In this document: one piece after another, positions 18,936 through 28,937 of the stretch
How the letters are laid out: each line of letters starts with the position of its first letter
How positions within the stretch are numbered: the first letter of the stretch is position 1
Assembly (NCBI GenBank): GCA_041891055.1
Contig: CP169074.1
Location: forward strand, 544,001-608,000
Direction of reading: 5' to 3'
DNA from: Halorutilales archaeon Cl-col2-1
Lineage (GTDB): Archaea > Halobacteriota > Halobacteria > Halobacteriales > Afararchaeaceae
Length of the DNA stretch: 64,000 nt
Translations under genes and position numbers: made by a program
The notes under the pieces: model-generated
Databases searched by the model: none
Told to the model about the DNA's origin: nothing
Seen by the model: only the letters and a program-made list of their open reading frames with translations

Positions 18936-19964
18936 ATGACAAAGACAACAGCAGGTTCTGAGGTATTAACTCCGAGTATAGATCTGAGTCTCTCCGAGCT
19001 AACACGCAGGGAGTTTCATGAGAGTTTTTGGAGGGACAACTTCGATCTACTCGGTCGAGCAGTCAAGAGGATCGTCGAAGACCTCGAACTCACGACCTGG
19101 AGCCGACTGCCGTCATATCTCTGGCGTAACGGCGTAACCGAGATGAACCACGAGTACGCCCTCGATATGGTCTCTTATGAGTTCGAGAAAGAGACCTCGG
19201 TAGAGAGACTCAAAAACCTCACTCTCGCACTCGGATCAGGTAAGAGGATCAGCCCCGTCGACGAAGAGCTATATGGCACATACAACACAACAAAAGACGA
19301 CGTCTTCGCTCCCTTCAAGATCCTCGATATAGCCGGCATACAGCCCGAAATCGAGATAGATATACCCTCCAGAGCGGTGGGTGGGATCGATAGAGAGTTC
19401 TTCGACGAATTGGGCGAATACGTCGACTTAGGGATAGAGGTCAGCCTTGGAGACACAGACGAGCCTACCCAACTACCAGAGTATGTCCATATAGATTTAG
19501 ATACAGGTCACTCGAAGAGAGACAAACATGGCTACTGGCATAAAAGACAAGATCTCCACAAAGCCGTAGAGACTCCGGACAGGGCTCTGAGAGTACTCGA
19601 GGACATAGCCGATGATCTACAGACCAAGAGCAACGACTACGAGTACAACTATGAGCAACTACAGAAACTAACCGACCTCGACAGGAGTACTCTGATAACG
19701 TATACAAAGCTTCTAGAGGCGAACCGACTCGTAGAGAAGGATAAGGACGAAAGACGTGTAAAGATCTCTCTGACCGACGTAGGTGTAGCTTTCACGAGTC
19801 TAGTGATGGACATCGGTGTAGAGAAGACAGCCAGATTCAGATCCTCTCTTTCAGGTTTCTTCGTAGAAGGTCTTGACTCAGAGAAAGAAGTTAGTAAGAC
19901 CGATACCAGCAGAAGAAGACAGAGTAAGCCACCTCCAAAGACAAAGAAGAGCAAGGTGACTTAG
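18936..19964 (+). CDS. Hypothetical protein with C-terminal winged HTH
   Basis: YEQLQKLTDLDRSTLITYTKLLEANRLVEK...KISLTDVG wHTH; basic C-terminal tail. Confidence 0.65.
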   Translation: MTKTTAGSEVLTPSIDLSLSELTRREFHESFWRDNFDLLGRAVKRIVEDLELTTWSRLPSYLWRNGVTEMNHEYALDMVSYEFEKETSVERLKNLTLALGSGKRISPVDEELYGTYNTTKDDVFAPFKILDIAGIQPEIEIDIPSRAVGGIDREFFDELGEYVDLGIEVSLGDTDEPTQLPEYVHIDLDTGHSKRDKHGYWHKRQDLHKAVETPDRALRVLEDIADDLQTKSNDYEYNYEQLQKLTDLDRSTLITYTKLLEANRLVEKDKDERRVKISLTDVGVAFTSLVMDIGVEKTARFRSSLSGFFVEGLDSEKEVSKTDTSRRRQSKPPPKTKKSKVT

Positions 19965-20354
19965 CCTTACACCGACGCCTTACAGCAGTTTGTTAGCTTT
20001 CGTCTCGTTAGAGGCATCTCCGAGAAACTCTCCGCTCACTCTCCCACGGAGTCTCCGTCTTCTTGCGATTCTGGTGAAAGTAACCTAGACCGACCTTTTC
20101 TGAGAACAACGTCGAGAACCATACCAAAAATCCATCCTCAGCTCATTCTACGGATCCTCTGAGAAGGTCTTCTATAGGGTCTCTACCTAACTCCATTTGT
20201 CTGTTCTCAAGAAAAATCAAAGACATCGTATACATAGTGCTATATGTAGTGCTATTCTCCTCTCCACGAGACCTACAGATAGAATTCTATCTCTTCTCTA
20301 GAGATCATTACTCCCGTAGGCAGTCTATATCCTCCAAGGTTTGTTCTGTCCCAT

Positions 20355-20403
20355 TAGCTAACCAACATTCCTAGATAATTTTCGAAAAAATGTTGGTTAG
20401 CTA
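20355..20403. repeat. Palindromic site, right boundary of accessory element (TAGCTAACCAACATT-N19-AATGTTGGTTAGCTA)
   Basis: Perfect 15-bp inverted repeat at 20355-20369 and 20389-20403. Confidence 0.75.
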
Positions 20404-20480
20404 CGTTCTAATCGGCTAGGATCGATTCTATCCACGATGCCGTCGGAATCAGCGTAAAGAATCCTCAGGATAGTGCAGCA

Positions 20481-21770
20481 TCACCAGGTAAGACCCTCGT
20501 ACTCGATACCTTCTCTGGGTTCGATGACTCGACGTCCGTCGATTACCACTTTCTGGTTCATCGTATCGAACTCGTCGTCGAGTGCCGCGAACTCGTCCCA
20601 GTCGGTGACGACTACTGCGGCATCGGCGTCTTCGAGTGCGTCTTCATCAGAGTCAGCATAATCGATGTCGCCGAAACGTTCTCTCATGTTGTCGACTGCG
20701 ACGGGATCGTATGCGACTACCTCTGCGTCTCTGTCTTTGAGACCCTCTATCACGGGTATCGCACGTGAGTTTCTTATGTCGTCTGTGCCCGGCTTGAACG
20801 AGAGTCCCAGGACGGCGACTCTCTTATCCTCAGGATCTATATGTCTATCGAGTAGCTGGAGGAGACGTTTTGGCTGTTTGTCGTTGACTTCGACGGCGGA
20901 ATGTAGCAACGAAGGATCGTATCCTTTCTCCTCAGCGGCGGCGATGAGTGCCTTGACGTCCTTCGGGAAACAGCTACCTCCCCAGCCTACTCCGCTTCTC
21001 AGAAACTCCGAGCTTATGCGATGATCGAGTCCTATAGCGTCGGCGACCTCGTAGGCGTCGACTCCGTACTCCTTACAGATGTTGCCGAGTTCGTTTATGA
21101 GACTGACCTTCGAGGCGAGGAAGGCGTTGTTGGCGTACTTGATCATCTCCGCCTCTCTAACTCCCGTCTCGACTACTGGTACGTCGTCGTTGCGTTCTAC
21201 GAGAGGATCAAAGACCCGTCTTAGCTCCTCGTTGTCTTGGTTCTGCCCAAGGACTATCTTGTCGGGATGTAGAAAGTCGTCTACCGCGGTGCCTTCACGC
21301 AGGAACTCGGGGTTCATCGCCACGCTAAAGTCTTCTCCTTCTTCTTTGTCCGAATTTTCTTCTATGATCGGCGTGAGAACCTCCTCGGTCGTACCAGGCA
21401 CTACAGTACTCTTGACTACGACTGTGTGGCTGTCATCCTTATGTCCCAATGCCTCGCCGAGTGACTCCGCTCCCTTCTTCATGTAAGTTAGATCGATACT
21501 GCCATCGTCGTTCGACGGCGTGGGGAGAGCGAGAAACGTCACCTCTGTGTCGTTGACGGCACTGTAATCCGTCGTCGCTGTGAGACGGTCGCCGCCGTGT
21601 TCGGCTATAAGGTCGTCTAACTGAGGCTCGTGTATAGGTGCTTCTCCCGAGTTTATGCTCTCTACTACGTCTTCGTCTATGTCTATGTTCGTGATATCAT
21701 GTCCGAGGTCGGCGAAACACGCTGCCACCGTCGTACCCACGTAGCCACTCCCTACGATGCTTATCTTCAT
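20481..21770 (-). CDS. aglM: UDP-glucose 6-dehydrogenase
   Basis: [40 protein letters not shown]. Confidence 0.93.
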   Translation of the reverse strand: MKISIVGSGYVGTTVAACFADLGHDITNIDIDEDVVESINSGEAPIHEPQLDDLIAEHGGDRLTATTDYSAVNDTEVTFLALPTPSNDDGSIDLTYMKKGAESLGEALGHKDDSHTVVVKSTVVPGTTEEVLTPIIEENSDKEEGEDFSVAMNPEFLREGTAVDDFLHPDKIVLGQNQDNEELRRVFDPLVERNDDVPVVETGVREAEMIKYANNAFLASKVSLINELGNICKEYGVDAYEVADAIGLDHRISSEFLRSGVGWGGSCFPKDVKALIAAAEEKGYDPSLLHSAVEVNDKQPKRLLQLLDRHIDPEDKRVAVLGLSFKPGTDDIRNSRAIPVIEGLKDRDAEVVAYDPVAVDNMRERFGDIDYADSDEDALEDADAAVVVTDWDEFAALDDEFDTMNQKVVIDGRRVIEPREGIEYEGLTW

Positions 21771-21914
21771 TATATATGGGTCTTTACGCAGATTGCTTAA
21801 TACTTCTCTTTAGTTGGCTTCACAGGAAGGTTAGCAAAACAAATATCAATGTGATTTCACTAACTGTGTATAAAGAATAAGCTTTAACATAGAAGCCGAA
21901 GCACTAACGGAGTG

Positions 21915-22781
21915 ATGGAAGTCTCGAAAGCAGTGATACCGGCTGCTGGGTTTGGTACTCGTTTCTTACCTGTGACAAAAGCCCAGCCCAAAGAGATGAT
22001 GCCTGTTTTAGACAAACCAACTATACAGTACGTTGTTGAGGAAGCTGTAGACTCAGGTATAGATGATATTCTCATCATTACAGGAAGGGGGAAGCAGGCT
22101 ATTGAACGACATTTCGATAAGTCATACGAACTTGAAGAAGAACTCAAGTCTGCGGGAAAAGAAGACAGGCTTGACAGAGTCCAGGAGATTTCCGATTTAG
22201 CAGATATCCATTATGTCCGACAAAAAGAGCGTGAGGGTCTGGGCGATGCTGTCCTATATGCTCAAAAGCATGTTGGCAACAAGCCATTTGCACTTCTTCT
22301 TGGAGATACGATAATTAAAAATGAAACACCATGTACTGAAAACCTTATCACACAAGCTGAGAAACATGAGTCATCCGTAATTTCCTTAGAAAGAGTACCA
22401 TGGGATCAGGTTACCTCATATGGAGTAGCAGATATTGAAGATACAGAACCGGCAGCAGAAAGCTTTCCAGTAAACGACTTCGTTGAGAAACCTCCTGAAG
22501 ATCAAGCACCATCAAACTTAGCCATTACCGGAAGATATATTCTCAAGCCTAAGGTCTTCGATATACTTGAGAAAACAGAAAAAGGAGTTGGTGGCGAACT
22601 TCAGCTAACAGACGCAATAAGAAAGCTGGACGATGTGCGTGGAGTAGAATTAGAAGGTGATCGGTATGATATCGGAAATATTCCAAGCTGGCTACGGGCT
22701 AATATCGAGATGTCACTTCAGCACGACGATGGTGATATGAACAACGCAGTAGAGGAATTATTAGAAGAGGAATTGGCATGA
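21915..22781 (+). CDS. galU: UTP--glucose-1-phosphate uridylyltransferase
   Basis: KAVIPAAGFGTRFLPVTKAQPKEM, GLGDAV, VEKP, ELQLTDA. Confidence 0.92.
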   Translation: MEVSKAVIPAAGFGTRFLPVTKAQPKEMMPVLDKPTIQYVVEEAVDSGIDDILIITGRGKQAIERHFDKSYELEEELKSAGKEDRLDRVQEISDLADIHYVRQKEREGLGDAVLYAQKHVGNKPFALLLGDTIIKNETPCTENLITQAEKHESSVISLERVPWDQVTSYGVADIEDTEPAAESFPVNDFVEKPPEDQAPSNLAITGRYILKPKVFDILEKTEKGVGGELQLTDAIRKLDDVRGVELEGDRYDIGNIPSWLRANIEMSLQHDDGDMNNAVEELLEEELA

Positions 22782-23710
22782 GTCGTATATTAGTAACTGG
22801 TGCGGCGGGATTTCTAGGATCACATCTCTGTGATCAGTTGCTTGAAGAAGGTCACAAGGTTATCGGGATGGATAATAGAGTAAGCGGGAAAACAGAAAAC
22901 CTAGATAAAGCGTTTGAAAATGATCGTTTCTCATTTTATGAACACGATGTTACAGAGTTTATTCATGTTTCTGGAGAGTTAGACGCAGTTATGCATCTGG
23001 CAAGTCTGGCATCGCCAAAATTCTACCGAGAACACCCAATTAAGACGCTGAAAGTAGGTGCTCTTGGAACACATAAGACATTGGGACTCGCAAAACAAAA
23101 GGACGCTACATACTTTTTCACATCGACAAGCGAAGTATACGGTAATCCTGAAGTGAACCCACAGCCAGAGGATTACCGCGGAAACGTAGATCCTTACGGT
23201 CCAAGATCGTGTTATGATGAGTCAAAACGATACGGTGAATCATTAGTTCGCGCATATCGAGACGAACATGATTTGGATGTACGTGTTGCTCGTATCTTCA
23301 ACACGTACGGTTCTCGGATGCGTATTGACGATGGTCGTGTAATCCCGAACTTTATGAAACAGGCATTAACAGACAAAGATCTAACTGTGTACGGTGATGG
23401 AAAGCAGACACGAAGTTTCTGTTATGTCTCGGATATGATAGATGGATTGATTGCACTTTGGGAATCGGATGTTCAGACACCCGTGAATATCGGCAATCCC
23501 GATGAAAGAACAATAAACGAACTTGCCGAGGTAGTATTAGAGGTGACAGAAAGTGAAAGTGGAATTACGTATGAGGATTTACCCCCTCAAGATCCTGAGG
23601 TACGTCGGCCGGACATATCAAAAGCTCGAGATAAACTAGATTGGGAGCCAAAGATTTCGTTACGTGAAGGACTAGATAAATCTATTCAGTATTTTAATGA
23701 ACGTATATGA
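22778..23710 (+). CDS. UDP-glucuronate decarboxylase (UDP-xylose synthase)-like SDR
   Basis: GAAGFLGSHL, STSEVYG, GNV.PYGPRSCYDESKR, RIFNTYG.RM..DDGRV, QTRSFCYVSD (UXS signature). Confidence 0.85.
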   Translation: MSRILVTGAAGFLGSHLCDQLLEEGHKVIGMDNRVSGKTENLDKAFENDRFSFYEHDVTEFIHVSGELDAVMHLASLASPKFYREHPIKTLKVGALGTHKTLGLAKQKDATYFFTSTSEVYGNPEVNPQPEDYRGNVDPYGPRSCYDESKRYGESLVRAYRDEHDLDVRVARIFNTYGSRMRIDDGRVIPNFMKQALTDKDLTVYGDGKQTRSFCYVSDMIDGLIALWESDVQTPVNIGNPDERTINELAEVVLEVTESESGITYEDLPPQDPEVRRPDISKARDKLDWEPKISLREGLDKSIQYFNERI

Positions 23711-23794
23711 GACTCAAATAGAGTGGCATATTGTCTGAGACATTTTTCAAATCCCATCATAGTTTATTTGCATGATGATTCCTAAATTGAATGT

Positions 23795-24712
23795 ATGAAT
23801 AAAATACTAGTTACGGGGTCAAGCGGATTCATAGGGACACATCTCTGTCATGCGTTAGTTGAAGAAGGATATAATGTAGAGGGTGTGGATATTTCGCAAC
23901 CTAAATTTGAATTGCCTGAGTCCATAGAGACACATATAACTGACTTAACAGAGCCTACAGAGCTCCCTGAATCCGATATAATAGTCCATCTCGCTGCACA
24001 TTCACAAGTCCAGCCAGTTGTCGAAAGTCCAGAATTAGCTCTTGAAAACATTCAAATGACTCAGAATATACTAAGTGAAGCAGATCGGATGGATGCCTCT
24101 GTTATTAATATATCAAGTCGGGATATATATGGAAATTCTCTACAGCCTTCTGAGGATGAATCCACTATAGACAGCCCAAATGGATACGCCGCAAGTAAGA
24201 TAAGCTCTGAAGCTCTATCAAATGCTTTCCGACATACTATGGATGTTTCTGTTACTTCACTTCGTTTAGCTAATGTCTATGGTTCAATGGACACAAATCA
24301 ACGAGTTATCCCCATATTTATTGCTCTTGCAGACGCTGGCGAAGAACTAACCGTATTCGGTAAACAGAAATTATTGGATTTCATCCATGTCGACGACGTC
24401 TGTCGTGCAATACAATCTACGATTAATCGGTCTGAAATAACCGACGGTGAAGCAATAAATATCGGGTCGGGAGTGGGGACATCTCTACCAGAAATAGCAT
24501 CTTATATTTCAGAATCAATTGAATCTTGTCCCGGATGGAGTGTCTCTGACAATAGAACAGGAGATGTTGGACAGTACGTATCAGACATTTCCAAATCGAG
24601 ATCGATACTCAATTTCGAACCTGAAATTTCTCTAAATAAAGGAATGGACAAAACAATAGATTGGTACTTAAATAGCCCTGAGATGTTAGAGACTATTAGA
24701 TCAAAGTTATAG
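23795..24712 (+). CDS. NAD-dependent epimerase/dehydratase
   Basis: TGSSGFIG, SSRDIYG, YAASK; similar to the broken epimerase at 4961 (shared RVIP.FIA and NRTG.V..YV.DISK). Confidence 0.87.
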   Translation: MNKILVTGSSGFIGTHLCHALVEEGYNVEGVDISQPKFELPESIETHITDLTEPTELPESDIIVHLAAHSQVQPVVESPELALENIQMTQNILSEADRMDASVINISSRDIYGNSLQPSEDESTIDSPNGYAASKISSEALSNAFRHTMDVSVTSLRLANVYGSMDTNQRVIPIFIALADAGEELTVFGKQKLLDFIHVDDVCRAIQSTINRSEITDGEAINIGSGVGTSLPEIASYISESIESCPGWSVSDNRTGDVGQYVSDISKSRSILNFEPEISLNKGMDKTIDWYLNSPEMLETIRSKL

Positions 24713-25032
24713 CATGCTCTTATGAAAGGGATTGTTGGTAGCTAAGAAGTATTAGTCTGAGAAGGAATATCTGCTATTTTATGCGGTAAGAAAAGCTAAT
24801 CCAATTTAAGGAACTCTGTGTGAAATAACCAAGCAACTTCTACCAATAATCTACTTCACATGAGCGAACTAAAAAAGTCTGACCGAATCCAACAGTAGGC
24901 CTATTCTAACGCGCTGTTTGGAGAAGTTGGTTTAGGAGTCGACAATCCCAAGGTCGCCATATGATACATAAACTCAAGACGATGTCGAAACTTCCAAAAG
25001 CTAATAGAGATCATCTGTCTTCGACTTCTTCC

Positions 25033-25863
25033 TCAGAATCCCCCCACCGACTCGTGCTTCCATACAAGATCAAAGTACTTCTCGGTTCCCGCCACGAGAC
25101 TCGGGTTGTCGGTGATAGCCGAGTCACGCAGCGAGAGAGGTTCGTCGCCTTCTACGACGAAGATTGCCTTCCCAGTCGTGTAGTCCATAGTCGGGTCGAC
25201 TATCGATCCTCTCAGGGGTAGCTTCGAGTTCGAGTACCGCAGAGACGCCTCGGGTATCTCTTCCTCGATCCTCTGAGTGATCTCTTCCTGTACACGTCGG
25301 TTCGACTCCTCCAGACGTGACGGATGCAGAAAGAGAATACGCAGATCCACGCCGCGGTCGACTGCGTCCCTGAGAGACTCCGAGACCGAGTCGTAGTACT
25401 CCATTGACTTCGTGGCGATGTCTATGCTGTCCTCGGCGTCATCGTAGAGATCGCGTGTCTCACGTTCACTCGGCTCCCCGACGGGCACGAGTCTTAGAAG
25501 ACTCCTCTTCTCGGCTTCCGTCTCGTCGTCGGGTAGGACGTCGACTAGGTCGTCCGACTTCGACTCTATCCTCTCGACCTCGCACTCGTACTTGGCGCGC
25601 CGGTTCGACTTCATAGTCTCGACTATCTCGTCGGGGTTCCTGGGTGAGTAGATCTTGGGTCTACCGGGTTCGACGTCGACAAAGCCTCTCTCGACTAAGT
25701 CGTCGAGAACGCCGTATATACGTGCCTTCGGGACTCCGCTCGCACGCGAGAGGTCGGGAGCCTTCGACTCTCCCATCTCAAGCAGATGAGCGAGTGACTT
25801 GGCGTGGTACTCCTTGAATCCGAGGTCTTCGAGGAGATCCGCGGCTCGGTTTATGTCTGACAT
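25033..25863 (-). CDS. TrmB family transcriptional regulator
   Basis: LGFKEYHAK...KAPDLSRASGVPKARIYGVLDDL..RGFV...GRPKIY TrmB HTH; start MSDINR. Confidence 0.88.
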   Translation of the reverse strand: MSDINRAADLLEDLGFKEYHAKSLAHLLEMGESKAPDLSRASGVPKARIYGVLDDLVERGFVDVEPGRPKIYSPRNPDEIVETMKSNRRAKYECEVERIESKSDDLVDVLPDDETEAEKRSLLRLVPVGEPSERETRDLYDDAEDSIDIATKSMEYYDSVSESLRDAVDRGVDLRILFLHPSRLEESNRRVQEEITQRIEEEIPEASLRYSNSKLPLRGSIVDPTMDYTTGKAIFVVEGDEPLSLRDSAITDNPSLVAGTEKYFDLVWKHESVGGF

Positions 25864-25913
25864 AGGTGACCTATGCAAAGCTTTAAGATAATAGTTACTC
25901 ATTATCTGAGTAA

Positions 25914-27056
25914 ATGTCTGTCTTAGTCACAGGAGCAGACGGATACGTCGGATGGCCCCTCTCGTTACGTCTTTCGAGGAGACTCGATGAGAGAGTGATC
26001 GGAGTCGACAGCCTCGACAGGAGGAGATGGGTCGAGGAGTCGGGAAGTGTCTCGGCGGTTCCGATCGACTCGCCCAAGGAGAGGTTCGACGCCGAGCCCA
26101 ACCTCAGCTTTATAGAGGGAGACCTCGCCGACAGGGAGTTCGTCAAACAGATACTCGAAGTCCACGAGCCAGACACCGTAGTCCACGCCGCCGCACAGCC
26201 GAGTGCTCCCTACTCCCAGATAAACGGCGAGCGTGCCCTCGAAACCCAGAGGAACAACAACTCGATGAACGTCAACCTCCTCTGGGGGCTCCGCGAGGCG
26301 GGTCTCGAAGACACCCATTTCATAGAGACGACTACGACGGGTCTCTACGGAGCACCCGAGTTCGAGATACCTGAGGGCGGCTTCGAGGTCGACCGTAACG
26401 GCGAGTCCGACGAAGTTCCTTTCCCCAACATGGGTGGTTCGTGGTACCACGCCACGAAGGACTTCGACGCCGCCAACATGCGTCTCGCGTCGAAACAGTG
26501 GGATCAGCCCGTGAGTGACGTACGTACTGCGATCGTCTACGGCACAGAGACAGAGGAGACACGTGAGACGGGACTCGGGACGAGGTACGACTTCGACTAC
26601 TACTTCGGGACGGTAGTCAACCGGTTCTGTGCACAGGCTGTCGCGGGATATCCTCTCACGGTCTACGGAAAGGGAGAACAGAGAAAGCCGATGGTGAGCT
26701 TAGAGGACGCGGTCGAGAGTCTCGTGAACCTCGTCGAAGAGGGACACGGAGGCGACGGATTAGAGGTCTACAACCAGGTCACGAGACCCGTAGCTATAGT
26801 AGAGCTCGCCGAGACTATCTCGGATGTCGGCGACGAGTTCGGTTTAGACGCCGACGTCGAGCATTTCGAGAACCCGCGTGAGGAGGACGAGGAGCACGAG
26901 ATGGAGATGGAAAACGACCGTTTCATGGATCTTCTCGGCGAACAGAGGCAGACACTCGAGGAGGGGGTTCGTGGCATACTCTCGACACTCGACGACCGCA
27001 GCGACGTAGTCGAGGCACACGAAGACCGGTTCCTTCCGGGGGTGCTTCAGGATTAA
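25914..27056 (+). CDS. UDP-sulfoquinovose synthase-like SDR (SqdB/Agl3 family)
   Basis: GADGYVGWP, AAQPSAPYS, GSWYHATK, YFGTVVNRFCAQA, YGKGEQ, ENPREE motifs typical of SqdB/SQD1. Confidence 0.75.
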   Translation: MSVLVTGADGYVGWPLSLRLSRRLDERVIGVDSLDRRRWVEESGSVSAVPIDSPKERFDAEPNLSFIEGDLADREFVKQILEVHEPDTVVHAAAQPSAPYSQINGERALETQRNNNSMNVNLLWGLREAGLEDTHFIETTTTGLYGAPEFEIPEGGFEVDRNGESDEVPFPNMGGSWYHATKDFDAANMRLASKQWDQPVSDVRTAIVYGTETEETRETGLGTRYDFDYYFGTVVNRFCAQAVAGYPLTVYGKGEQRKPMVSLEDAVESLVNLVEEGHGGDGLEVYNQVTRPVAIVELAETISDVGDEFGLDADVEHFENPREEDEEHEMEMENDRFMDLLGEQRQTLEEGVRGILSTLDDRSDVVEAHEDRFLPGVLQD

Positions 27057-27993
27057 GGTACTCGTCACCGGAGGCGCGGGCTACGTAGGCAGTGCAGTCG
27101 TGCCGATGCTTCAGGAACGCGGTCACGAAGTCGTGGTTCTCGATGACTTCTCACTTTCGTCGCCACGGAACCTCGCGGGGAGCTTCGGCAGTAGTAACGG
27201 CGATACCGACGGTATCGAGTTCGTCAGAGGCGACATACGTGACACAGAAGCCGTGAGACGTGCGGTAGACGGAGTCGACAGTATCATACATCTCGCGGGA
27301 ATCACAGGAGCATCGGACACCCACGAGATACGTAAGAAGACTATCGAGGTCAACCACGAAGGTGTAGAGAAGGTACTAGACGAGTCGGAGTCGGAGGATG
27401 TCGAGCGATTCGTCCTCGCTAGCTCGTGCAACGTCTACGGCGGAAGCTACTCCGACGATCTCACAGAGGACGACGACCCCGACCCTATGAACCCCTACTC
27501 AGAAGCGAAGCTGATGGCAGAAGAGAGATGTAAGGAGTCGGAGGTCGAGACGGTGAGTCTCAGACTCGCCACCAACTACGGCTGGTCGCCGGGTGTACGT
27601 TTCAACCTCGTCGTAAACAGCTTCGTATTCCGCGCGCTCGCAGACGAGACTCTCACCGTCTACGGCGACGGCAGTAACTGGAGACCCTTCATACACGTCA
27701 AAGACGCAGCACGAGCCTTCGTCGAGGCTCTGTCGTGGGACGAGGGAGTCTACAACACGGGAGGCGAGAACTACACGATAGATGGAATCGCCGAGACTGT
27801 GTCCGAGGTGGTCGGGACTGATGTGAAGACAGAGTACCTGCGTGATGAGAACCCCGGACCGTCGTACCACGTATCGTTCGACAAGGTAAGTGATCAGGGA
27901 TTCTCACTCGAACACAGCCTACGTGAAGGAGTCCGTGATCTCAGAGACAGGTTTTTAGCCGACCGAGCCAAGACTAAGGAGAAACAGATATGA
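27052..27993 (+). CDS. NAD-dependent epimerase/dehydratase with apparent ATT start
   Basis: ATT AAG GTA CTC GTC ACC GGA GGC GCG GGC TAC GTA GGC encodes KVLVTGGAGYVG upstream of the track start (27100); SSCNVYG, PYSEAK, WRPFIHV. Confidence 0.8.
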   Translation: MKVLVTGGAGYVGSAVVPMLQERGHEVVVLDDFSLSSPRNLAGSFGSSNGDTDGIEFVRGDIRDTEAVRRAVDGVDSIIHLAGITGASDTHEIRKKTIEVNHEGVEKVLDESESEDVERFVLASSCNVYGGSYSDDLTEDDDPDPMNPYSEAKLMAEERCKESEVETVSLRLATNYGWSPGVRFNLVVNSFVFRALADETLTVYGDGSNWRPFIHVKDAARAFVEALSWDEGVYNTGGENYTIDGIAETVSEVVGTDVKTEYLRDENPGPSYHVSFDKVSDQGFSLEHSLREGVRDLRDRFLADRAKTKEKQI

Positions 27994-28937
27994 CAGAGAC
28001 ATATAAGATAGGAGTCACAGGAGCGGGTGGATACATAGGTTCACGTCTAACAGCGAACCTACTCGAAGAAGGACACGAGGTCGTACCGACAGACAACTTC
28101 TACAACGCGAAGGTCGACGAGGTCGAGGGAGTCGAGATACGTGACTTAGACGTACGTGACAGGGACGGTCTGCGGGAGACGTACGAAGACGTCGATGTGC
28201 TGATGCATCTCGCGGCTGTGAGTGGTGTCGACTCGTGTGATGACAATCCCGAACTCGCCTTCGACGTCAACGTCGGAGGCACCGAGAACGTCGCTTGGGT
28301 CTGCCGTGAGAACGGTATACCACTCGTCTTCCCGTGTAGCATGGCTATAATCGGTGATCCCGTCGAGTTTCCGATCACCTCTGACCATCCGAGGAAGCCA
28401 CTCAACACCTACGGTCTCACTAAGTCGATGGGTGAGGACGACATCTACTCGCTCTCGCACGGCGAGTTCCCCGCTCACGTCTACATGAAGTCGAACCTCT
28501 ACGGACACCACGAACTCGGCGGTAAGGAGATAGGAAAGAACACCGTCATAAACATATTCGTCGACAAGGCACTCGACAGGGAGCCACTCACAGTCTTCAA
28601 GCCCGGGACACAGGCGCGCGACTTCATACACGTAAAGGACACAGCACGTGCCTACGCCGACTCTCTCGACGTCATACTCGACGAGGAAGACGGTGCGACG
28701 ACGTATCCGATAGCGAGCGGAGACTGCCGCAGCATACTCGAAATCGCCGAGACAGTACAGGAGGTAGTCGAGGATGAGAGAGGCTACTCCCCAGAGGTAG
28801 AACTCGTCGACAACCCACGTGAGGACGAGACACTCGTGGACGACTTCACTGTCGACACGACGAAGGCACGCGACGGGATAGGCTTCGAGGCGGAGTACGA
28901 CATAGAGAGGGCAGTGAGGGAGATGGTATCCGAATGA
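27990..28937 (+). CDS. NAD-dependent epimerase/dehydratase
   Basis: TGAGGYIG, YGLTK, RDFIHV. Confidence 0.87.
   Translation: MTETYKIGVTGAGGYIGSRLTANLLEEGHEVVPTDNFYNAKVDEVEGVEIRDLDVRDRDGLRETYEDVDVLMHLAAVSGVDSCDDNPELAFDVNVGGTENVAWVCRENGIPLVFPCSMAIIGDPVEFPITSDHPRKPLNTYGLTKSMGEDDIYSLSHGEFPAHVYMKSNLYGHHELGGKEIGKNTVINIFVDKALDREPLTVFKPGTQARDFIHVKDTARAYADSLDVILDEEDGATTYPIASGDCRSILEIAETVQEVVEDERGYSPEVELVDNPREDETLVDDFTVDTTKARDGIGFEAEYDIERAVREMVSE

Larger units (their letters stand above)
14304..20403. mobile_element. Putative integrated element (plasmid- or virus-like remnant) without a recognisable integrase
   Basis: Non-glycosylation, MGE-type genes (HTH repressor, Zn fingers, ParB-MTase) lie between two convergent sugar genes and are bounded by related palindromes. 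Confidence 0.6.

Noticed and set aside
19965-20480. Possible tRNA/att target or integrase remnant at the element's right end
   Set aside because: No cloverleaf or T-loop motif and no tyrosine/serine recombinase motifs were seen by eye here or elsewhere in the element.
10238-24744. Partial matches to the boundary palindrome arm (TGGTTAGCTA at 10238-10247, TGTTGGTAGCTA at 24733-24744) hinting at an integron-like cassette array
   Set aside because: They are single, degenerate half-sites without partner arms. Too weak to claim without a genome-wide motif statistic.
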